Origin: Chlorokybus atmophyticus
Taxonomy: Eukaryota; Plantae; Mesostigma and Chlorokybus algae
Assembly: GCA_009103225.1 (NCBI GenBank)
Contig: RHPI01001121.1
Location: 1 to 7,321 of the forward strand
Length of the DNA stretch: 7,321 nucleotides
Reading direction: 5' to 3'
The translations under genes were made by a program, and so were the position numbers. The notes beneath the pieces were generated by a model that saw only the letters and a program-made list of their open reading frames with translations, was not told the DNA's origin and made no database searches. The stretch's first letter is position 1; the number at the start of each line of letters is the position of its first letter. Below, piece by piece: positions 1 to 6,518 of this stretch.

Positions 1-1026
1 ACAGCGCTACCTATAGCAGTGGCTTGTTGACTCACAGTATCACCCTCTTTGCTCAAATAAGTGTGGTTGCATTCTGTGCATCAGACGTGCAGCTTAAAAT
101 TGGATACATTATAGTGAATTGTTATCATCGCATAGTGCGCACAAGCACTAGTGTGTTGAGTGGTAGCAGCATTACGAGAGCTTGATACAGCACGAACACT
201 CTACCCTTCATACACTTCCACTAACGCATCAGCTATCAGTAGGCCCTCCCCATTCTCGCCAATAGAAGAGGGGAACCTCAGCTGCTGAAGCCCAACCTCC
301 AACCTTACCTACGCGCGAGCAAGTGAAGGAAGTGGTTACCATAGCAGCACAGACGCATGCCCCGTCTCCGGTTCCACCTCCTTCCACTTTTCTCCTCATC
401 AGCGAACCTCTCACCCTCGTTTGAATGGTGACGACGACAAGATAGAGCCTTTCAGCCCAAACAACTCCCTGCGCTCCTCCGGGCGCCATGGCACCACATC
501 ATTTGCAAGTTCATCATCAGGTTCCACTTTAAGATGCGGCAGCAAGCCCTGAGTAAAGATTGAACGCATAAGGTGTCATTTCATGTGTCGATGCGATATC
601 TCGATCATGAAGCACATGATGTGCGGGAGTCCGTTGCTAAATTGCACTAAATCAATGCCTACGGCGAGCTGGCCTGCACCATAGCCTCCACATCACCAAA
701 CAGCCCAGCAGCTATGGCCCCTGCAGCAGCGGCCCCAGTCACCGGTCTCACTTTAGCCACAGCTATGGGAAAGGCAGAAAATGAAGAGGCTGAGATGGTG
801 GTGACCGTAACTCTTGCAAAGGTTGAGGCTAAGAAGGCCAATCATCAGGGTGCTTAACCATACCGCTGCCATATCAGGGAGCAGCAAGAGGAGCAATAAC
901 TTGCAGCGCTGAAGATGGGTACACCTCCGCTACCAACACCGGGCTCACATGTTCTAGTAGGAGGCAGTGTCTTCACCCTCGGGTTCAGTGGCATTGCGCG
1001 CACCAGCTCTCACGGTGGGCGCCGCC

Positions 1027-1344
1027 ATGTCAGACTCTCCCCTCAAGGACCTCTACGCTGCAATGCGGCGCACCTTCCCATTTCAAACCAACAGTATGGT
1101 GGAGGAGTTGAGGCGCTTTCGATGGAAGCCCAACGAGGACCTCCTCTGGCTGTATTCATGGCTGGAGAGATTGTCTAAGGATACTGACTACCAGATCGTT
1201 AGTGAGGAAGCGGCAACAGTGGCGTACGTGGCCTAGTAGAACCCCACCTTGAGTGAGTCGACGCGCCTGATGCTGAATTACAGCAGGCCCCTTGGCTACA
1301 CCCTCAACAAAGCTTTCAAGACTGCACAAGCCATTCACCAACGC
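1027..1344 (+). pseudogene. gag: Gag capsid-like domain (Retrotrans_gag/Ty3 capsid type), interrupted by TAG-TAG at 1234-1239
   Basis: Frame 1 reads LKDLYAAMRRTFP..VEELRRFRWKPNEDLLWLYSWLERL..SEEAATVAYVA**NPTLSESTRLML..PLGYTLNKAFKTAQAIHQR. This follows the Ty3/Gypsy capsid pattern (L..F....EL..L.Q...ES...Y..RF..L ... F..GL.P ... TL.EA...A..IE). Track ORFs 967..1236 and 1249..1710 are in the same frame, separated by two TAG codons plus NPT. Confidence 0.65.
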
Positions 1345-1502
1345 GCGGTGTATAAGCAAGCAGTGCTGGACACCTGTCTACGTGTCACGACCCATGGCAA
1401 GCACGAGTGTAGAGCCCCCTCGGCAAGCCGCGGGCGGGAGACTCCCGGCACCGCAACAAGGATAGACGATCAGCTCATGCTGCCATTGTTGCTCCCTTGC
1501 TG

Positions 1503-1544
1503 TGCCATTGGTGTGGTCGGCATGGGCACTACTAGAAGAAGTGC
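1503..1544 (+). pseudogene. CCHC zinc knuckle 1 (C-H-W-C-G-R-H-G-H-Y-*-K-K-C)
   Basis: Frame 3 codons tgc cat tgg tgt ggt cgg cat ggg cac tac TAG aag aag tgc give exact C-X2-C-X4-H-X4-C spacing. It is missed by the ORF track because of the TAG at 1533-1535. Confidence 0.85.
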
Positions 1545-1570
1545 ACCGAAGAAACTACGGCAACCTGGTA

Positions 1571-1612
1571 TGCGACTATTGTCACAAGGTGGGACACCAC
1601 TGGTAGAAATGG
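1571..1612 (+). pseudogene. CCHC zinc knuckle 2 (C-D-Y-C-H-K-V-G-H-H-W-*-K-W), last Cys mutated
   Basis: Frame 2 codons tgc gac tat tgt cac aag gtg gga cac cac tgg TAG aaa tgg give C-X2-C-X4-H-X4-(W). The TAG (1604-1606) sits at the same relative position as in knuckle 1. Confidence 0.75.
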
Positions 1613-1657
1613 CCCCCCAACAGTTCGGCCTTGCCCACAACTTAAAATGGAGATCAA

Positions 1658-1741
1658 TTTATAACTTAATTAGGGATCCATGTAAGCAACATATCGATGT
1701 TTGCACTTGATCCTGTTGCAGCCACAATTTAGTTTAGTATC
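1658..1741 (+). pseudogene. Possible retroviral-type aspartic protease start (FIT*LGIHVSNISMFALDPVAATI*FSI)
   Basis: It is in the same frame as knuckle 2 and in the expected position after the nucleocapsid. ALDPVA (D at 1709-1711) is one base (gtt vs ggt) from ALDPGA, resembling the gypsy LIDPGATHSF-type active site. Confidence 0.35.
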
Positions 1742-1828
1742 TAGCTGCCATTAAGGAAAAGTAGTTGGTGTGCATTAAGCTTGATATCCGTCTTTTCTTG
1801 AATTCAATAATGGCCACATCCTATACTT

Positions 1829-1887
1829 ATTTTTGGTTAGATCAAATATTAAGGGGATTAATCTTAATGCGTGATCTAACCAAAAAT
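1829..1887. repeat. 59-bp hairpin / mini-foldback with perfect 16-bp arms
   Basis: 1829-1844 ATTTTTGGTTAGATCA is the exact reverse complement of 1872-1887 TGATCTAACCAAAAAT. An inner stem ATTAAG (1848-1853) pairs with CTTAAT (1863-1868). Confidence 0.9.
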
Positions 1888-1890
1888 GTT

Positions 1891-2151
1891 ATGGCCGCAG
1901 TTCGCGGCTAAAAACCAAAAAGTCGTAACGCAGGGGAGCTCGCAGCTCCATCGCCGAGGAGCGAACCTGCACGGACGAACTTGCCAGAATCATAAAGAGC
2001 AACCTACAACCCAAGCACTGACCAACTAGACTACGACGGCACGGACACTTCATACCGTGTTGGTAAAAGTTATATCCTTTACAGCGGCTGCTCAATTGTC
2101 TCACGTGCCGCAACGCATGCATGCCAGATGTATTGCATTCATGTATTACCG
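1891..2151 (+). pseudogene. Degenerate coding-like segment, unknown family
   Basis: Frame 1 reads MAAVRG*KPKSRNAGELAAPSPRSEPARTNLPES*RATYNPSTDQLDYDGTDTSYRVGKSYILYSG..., with only two stops, both TAA (1909, 1993). It ends at a donor-like CCG|GTACGC (2151/2152). Confidence 0.35.
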
Positions 2152-2221
2152 GTACGCAATGCATGTACCAACACCTGCATACAATAGCACTAGGCTACCC
2201 TAATCGGTAAACAACTGACAG

Positions 2222-2344
2222 GTGTATATATATATGTATGTAAACATGTATTATTGTCAGAATTATCAAATATGTATACACAACAACATGATAAGGGACA
2301 TGTTTTATGTATATATGTACACATATACATGTATGTATATACAT
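2222..2344. repeat. AT-rich purine/pyrimidine-alternating low-complexity tract (decayed TA/CA microsatellite)
   Basis: Runs such as GTATATATATATGTATG, ATGTATATATGTACACATATACATGTATGTATATACAT. Includes the 12-bp palindrome ATGTATATACAT at 2333-2344. Confidence 0.85.
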
Positions 2345-2409
2345 AATCATGCGTCCTAAACCAATATAGACACCTAGGTTAACAGCTAGGCACCGGTAGG
2401 TGTTTTTAG

Positions 2410-3763
2410 ATAAGTTATCCGCTTGCGGGTGGCCTGGAGACCCAAACCTAGCTTAGCGGCGCCAAGTGTCCAACTACATCGTTGATTATAGGGCAAGCTG
2501 TTGCCATAAACTCCCTTTGTCACCTACCAAGTCGTGCCGGTGCGTTTTTATTAATGGAGTGGCTGCGTGATCATCAATACCATTCTTAAGGTAGGCCGCG
2601 AGCACGCGAGTACTTAAACCGGCGATGTATTGATGATCAGGCTGCAAAAGATTGAGACAATTGTACTATTGCGGTGTAGCGACCGACGTTATAGCTTTAT
2701 AGTGGTAAGATCCATGCGTCATTGACGGAATCAGTGAAGCACGTGACAAAGATTCGCACCGGCTATCTTTCCAACCCATAGCGTTAGCGTGCATGGTTGA
2801 TTCTCGGCGTGTGTGAATGCTTGTAGCATCTGCATTTGGGGAGCAACCTTCCGTGTGCCAACTATGTTCGTGGAAATGAATGCGGTGAGGTAGGTGCTCC
2901 TTCCGCAAAGTTACATCGAATTAGGCCTAGGCCTAAGTTGGGATTCGAAAGGTAGCGACAAAGGTATAACCATTTATCACTACCTAGGTACCGAGGCTTT
3001 AGGGGTTCCGACTCCTCATGCGGTGATGGGAAGCCGCGAAGGACGGTTAGCGTACGACAAGTCAATTAGGTCAGAACATAACAATTACTCATAGCTGAAT
3101 CTATTCGGAGAAAGAAAACCCCTAAGACTTTATGCGAGTAGGATTTAAGCGAAGGCGCTATAATCATAAGTACCCCCGCCGAGCAAACAGTCGCGAAAAT
3201 CTTAAAGGCATGGACTAGCTTTTTAGCAGCGCACGTTAGCACCTACTTGGCGCGCGTCCCATAGCCGCAAGAGGATTTAGCCATTTGAAAAGATATGCGG
3301 ATTCCTGGATACGCAAATACACGCCTAAATGTCGGATTCAACCTAAGCGAGGTTGGGGAGAGAATTGGAAGTTGAGTAGGGTTCTTTATCTCCCTTGCCG
3401 CCGGCACTCTCTGGTGGCGACGCGCCTCCCCGCACTTAGGAATGTTGAGGGCGTAACCCTTTCTCAAAGTTTCAAGTGATAGTTCACTAAGTGAATGAAG
3501 TGAACCAACAAGTTGAATCAGTCAGTGAAGCATTGGCCGAAGTCGCGAAGGCGCGAATTCCGAGAATTGCGAAGTGTACACGCTTTGCTTGTGAATGAAA
3601 TTGCGCTAAGTCCGTGTGTAGATAACTAAGGTCGGCTTCACTGAGTGAAGCACTTAAATCAAGGCAAAACGCCTCCGTTACAGTCGCACACCAGCACGAT
3701 GTCGCTACCGCCGCCGCTGTCGCCGCCAACAATTTTGCACGCCTCACAAGGACTCAGGGTTAA
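2410..3763 (+). pseudogene. Long degenerate ORF of unknown family (frameshifted, stop-riddled), truncated by the gap; C-terminal coiled-coil-like, basic and Ala-rich segments
   Basis: Best manual path is frame 1 (2410-~2650: ISYPLAGGLETQT*LSG..AFLLMEWLRDHQYHS*GRPRAREYLNRR), frame 3 (~2655-2870), then frame 2 (~2870-3763: ..SDKGITIYHYLGTEALGVPTPHAV..VH*VNEVNQQVESVSEALAEVAKARIPRIAK..DVATAAAVAANNFARL). Codons near the 3' end (gtc gct acc gcc gcc) look like sense codons. Stop density is not below random, so the assignment rests on composition only. Confidence 0.4.
2568..2639. repeat. Perfect 13-bp inverted repeat with 46-bp spacer
   Basis: 2568-2580 TGATCATCAATAC is the exact reverse complement of 2627-2639 GTATTGATGATCA. 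Confidence 0.9.
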
Positions 3764-4592
3764 NNNNNNNNNNNNNNNNNNNNNNNNNNNNNNNNNNNNN
3801 NNNNNNNNNNNNNNNNNNNNNNNNNNNNNNNNNNNNNNNNNNNNNNNNNNNNNNNNNNNNNNNNNNNNNNNNNNNNNNNNNNNNNNNNNNNNNNNNNNNN
3901 NNNNNNNNNNNNNNNNNNNNNNNNNNNNNNNNNNNNNNNNNNNNNNNNNNNNNNNNNNNNNNNNNNNNNNNNNNNNNNNNNNNNNNNNNNNNNNNNNNNN
4001 NNNNNNNNNNNNNNNNNNNNNNNNNNNNNNNNNNNNNNNNNNNNNNNNNNNNNNNNNNNNNNNNNNNNNNNNNNNNNNNNNNNNNNNNNNNNNNNNNNNN
4101 NNNNNNNNNNNNNNNNNNNNNNNNNNNNNNNNNNNNNNNNNNNNNNNNNNNNNNNNNNNNNNNNNNNNNNNNNNNNNNNNNNNNNNNNNNNNNNNNNNNN
4201 NNNNNNNNNNNNNNNNNNNNNNNNNNNNNNNNNNNNNNNNNNNNNNNNNNNNNNNNNNNNNNNNNNNNNNNNNNNNNNNNNNNNNNNNNNNNNNNNNNNN
4301 NNNNNNNNNNNNNNNNNNNNNNNNNNNNNNNNNNNNNNNNNNNNNNNNNNNNNNNNNNNNNNNNNNNNNNNNNNNNNNNNNNNNNNNNNNNNNNNNNNNN
4401 NNNNNNNNNNNNNNNNNNNNNNNNNNNNNNNNNNNNNNNNNNNNNNNNNNNNNNNNNNNNNNNNNNNNNNNNNNNNNNNNNNNNNNNNNNNNNNNNNNNN
4501 NNNNNNNNNNNNNNNNNNNNNNNNNNNNNNNNNNNNNNNNNNNNNNNNNNNNNNNNNNNNNNNNNNNNNNNNNNNNNNNNNNNNNNNNNNNN
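3764..4592. other. Assembly gap (829 N)
   Basis: Run of N; the ORF-track entries 3645..4727 and 3659..4699 span it and are artefacts. Confidence 1.

Positions 4593-4683
<91 letters not shown>
4593..4683. repeat. 91-nt poly-G homopolymer abutting the gap, probably a sequencing/assembly artefact
   Basis: Pure G run directly at the contig edge. Two-colour Illumina chemistry is known to call G when there is no signal. Confidence 0.75.
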
Positions 4684-4687
<4 letters not shown>

Positions 4688-4693
4688 AGCTAG

Positions 4694-4990
4694 ATTCACA
4701 GTAGAGACTGTGACCTGCAGTGGTTAGTTGGCGGGCAGCGTGTGCAAGAGACCGGTGGCATCATCGACCACGCCCTCCACGTGCGCAAGCGACCACTGCC
4801 CCACACTCATCTCCGTACACACCATGCGCCCCACTAGCGCCTGCAAGCCACCCAGTTGCCCGCAATGCAACGATGTAGTCACTGCCCGAAAAGGCTAACT
4901 ATGCATGCATGCCAATTTCGGTATCAAAGAGTACTGCGAGGTGTTGAAGGCGGTAGCTGCGCACGCCTCTTCCGCCAGCCGCACTAGTAC
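4694..4990 (+). pseudogene. Degenerate coding fragment with CxxC motif, unknown family
   Basis: Frame 2 reads IHSRDCDLQWLVGGQRVQETGGIIDHALHVRKRPLP. After a shift at the C4 run (4799-4802), frame 3 reads TLISVHTMRPTSACKPPSCPQCNDVVTARKG*LCMHANFGIKEYCEVLKAVAAHASSASRT, with many NNC/NNG codons. The single stop is TAA (4896-4898), and the path joins the start of track ORF 4905..5171. Confidence 0.4.
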
Positions 4991-5113
4991 TGTAAAGTAC
5001 CGTACAGGCTGTAACGCCGGGCATAATAAAAAGTTTTCAAAACGTTACGCCTCCCCTCGTGGCAGCGACTTTTGCTGCTATTACCTGATGGGTTACTACA
5101 TCGAGCTTCGGGC

Positions 5114-5130
5114 ACAGGTTCGAACCCCGT
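5114..5130 (+). promoter_or_regulatory. tRNA T-arm-like hairpin / Pol III B-box (GGTTCGAACCC), no recognisable A-box or full cloverleaf
   Basis: 5117-5127 matches the consensus GGTTCGANNCC. ACAGG-TTCGAAC-CCCGT forms a 4/5-paired T-stem, but the upstream sequence does not fold as D or anticodon arms. Confidence 0.35.
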
Positions 5131-5451
5131 TACGTGCGTATGGGCGGCGGGGGGATGATTCCCAGGGTTGATGCGCTGGTCAATCACGCGCGGTTTTGCG
5201 GTGAGCTGCGGAGCTTTGATATCTTACCGATGCAGGTAGGCACTGTTGTAGTGAAACATAGATTGGAAGCTGCGGATTAACGCTGAGAGAAATGCAACGT
5301 TTGAGTTAATACTAGCTTGGCCGGTAACCGTACTCGTATGGGTACATGTCGCATTTCATACCCATTACATCAATTGGTTGAGTTCACAATACATCAAACT
5401 AAATTTCGGGAGGATTGCCGACACCGTTATCTAACCGGTTTAATTATAACC

Positions 5452-5494
5452 ACGGTCAACTACTCAATCAGTTGACCGTAGTAAATTATTTACT
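5452..5494. repeat. Two abutting palindromes: 10-bp perfect hairpin plus 7-bp palindrome
   Basis: ACGGTCAACT (5452-5461) / AGTTGACCGT (5470-5479) with an 8-nt loop, followed immediately by AGTAAAT-T-ATTTACT (5480-5494). Confidence 0.85.
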
Positions 5495-5787
5495 GCGCCG
5501 CGCTGCGGCAGGCCGCGATTGCCAGACAGCCGCCAAAGTTGCGAGTCCCGCCGATTTCCTTGCCAAAATCGCGCATAACTTCTAACACAAGTGTCCGAAA
5601 ATCACAAAATTACTTTTACGTTGTATTGCTCGAATTACAACTTGATATAAGCATTGCTATAATGAATGCATTACGATTTTAGAGATACACCGCGGCCGAA
5701 ACAGTCCGATATTTGGTATCTCAAAAAAACCATATATGCAGAAGAGTATCGTAGTCAGCGTAGCAGTAATAATAAACTATAAAACCG

Positions 5788-6183
5788 TCACACCTCGAGG
5801 CGAAATTTGCTGTCATGAGTGGTGCACCCCTCATGGCAGCGAATTTTGATGCCATGACCCCAGTGGGTTGTTACACGCAGGGCGTAGTTGGTGCGACCTA
5901 ACCTAGCAATGGCACGGCAAATGCGGGCGATGCGATGCATCCGCAAGGACAGGGGGCGAGCGGTGACGTGACCGCTGCGCCCCAAGGCTCCAGCTGTGCT
6001 AAAGAGGCGACAAGCGAGGCTTTCATCGATGCAAGAGGCTGCAACTTTTGCTTTGGCTTCAATCAGAGCTCCGACGCTAGTCAGGACGGGGCGTGGGGCT
6101 GCGATGGTTGAGGACGCGCAACCAACTGCGAAAGGGGGAGCGGGGGAATTTTCCTGAAGGTACGGCCTCGCAGCGGGGCCCAT
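5788..6183 (-). CDS. Stop-free 131-codon ORF, probable terminal exon or gene fragment, unknown product
   Basis: Sense-like codon usage (cgc, atc, gcc, acc, aac, tac, cac, ggc). It is preceded by an acceptor-like GCGCAG|ATG and followed by an AT-rich tract after the TGA. No family motif recognised. Confidence 0.4.
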   Translation of the reverse strand: MGPAARPYLQENSPAPPFAVGCASSTIAAPRPVLTSVGALIEAKAKVAASCIDESLACRLFSTAGALGRSGHVTARPLSLRMHRIARICRAIARLGRTNYALRVTTHWGHGIKIRCHEGCTTHDSKFRLEV

Positions 6184-6518
6184 CTGCGCCTCAAGGGCTA
6201 GTCACGGCGGGGAGAGTGCGAAGAACATGCTATGTGTAATATGCACTTGGCGTCTTCACACGATGCACCGCCTCTCACATACTCTGACTCAGTTATGAGG
6301 GCGTGACGTGTCCATTTCATGCATAGCGGAAAGGACTCGTGACTTGATGCGTCCCACCGTGTTGTGTCGTCGGCATTGCATTGCGGCTTGCTCAAGCAGA
6401 CAAATAACCAATCATAAAGGCGTAGAGCTTGCTTGCTTATTCACCTGACGCAAATCGTCCACACTATGCGTTGTCCACAATCACTCCGCCGACACGATGC
6501 CCAGTCGCTGCTCCAAGC

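Larger units (their letters stand above)
2..1745 (+). mobile_element. Degenerate LTR-retrotransposon (Ty3/Gypsy-like) gag-(pro) remnant; 5' end and LTR lie outside the window, no pol seen
   Basis: A protein-like path can be traced by hand through frame 2 (2-~420), frame 3 (~420-1020), frame 1 (~1027-1410), frame 3 (~1413-1560) and frame 2 (~1565-1745). It has at least 4 frameshifts and many TAR/TGA stops. It carries capsid-like, CCHC and possible protease motifs in the canonical gag-pro order. The N-terminal part (2-1020) is assigned by continuity only. Confidence 0.65.

Noticed and set aside
390-850. CTGATGA motifs on the minus strand as hammerhead ribozyme cores
   Set aside because: No stem II or GAAA conserved segment can be built around them.
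2351-2410. Minus-strand KNTYRCLAVNLGVYIGLGR resembling a GIY-YIG (Penelope-like) motif
   Set aside because: It lacks the YIGxT and downstream R..EH residues, runs into low-complexity DNA, and has no supporting Penelope RT.
2883-2903. Minus-strand EGAPTSP resembling the RT motif QGAPTSP (retron-like)
   Set aside because: No YxDD at the proper distance and no other RT motifs in register; the plus strand appears to be sense here.
2483-3166. TGATTATAG / CTATAATCA inverted 9-mers as TIRs of a ~690-bp MITE
   Set aside because: Too short, with no TSD and no compositional boundary.
3487-3747. Minus-strand Ala-rich ORF as a real gene
   Set aside because: Its Ala codons are mostly GCG, the shifted antisense shadow of plus-strand GCC/GCT runs. 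Plus frame 2 reads more convincingly, though this is not fully excluded.
3755-3763. CAGGGTTAA at the contig end as telomeric repeat
   Set aside because: Single imperfect unit with no tandem array.
3645-4727. 360-aa and 346-aa ORFs with poly-Gly / poly-Pro
   Set aside because: They exist only because Ns contain no stops; the homopeptides come from the poly-G run.
4982-4987. CACTAG as a CACTA transposon terminus
   Set aside because: No matching inverted terminus or subterminal repeats in the window.
5078-5135. Complete tRNA, or U1 snRNA 5' end (TTACCTG at 5081-5087)
   Set aside because: No D-arm, anticodon arm or acceptor stem; no U1 stem-loops or Sm site.
1378-5880. Shared hexapeptide LRVTTH at 1378-1395 (+) and 5863-5880 (-), and EAAT.A......PTL at ~1207 and ~6035 (+)
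   Set aside because: The two matches lie on opposite strands of the second locus and do not extend. The first is better explained as a frameshifted zinc knuckle, so these are treated as coincidence.
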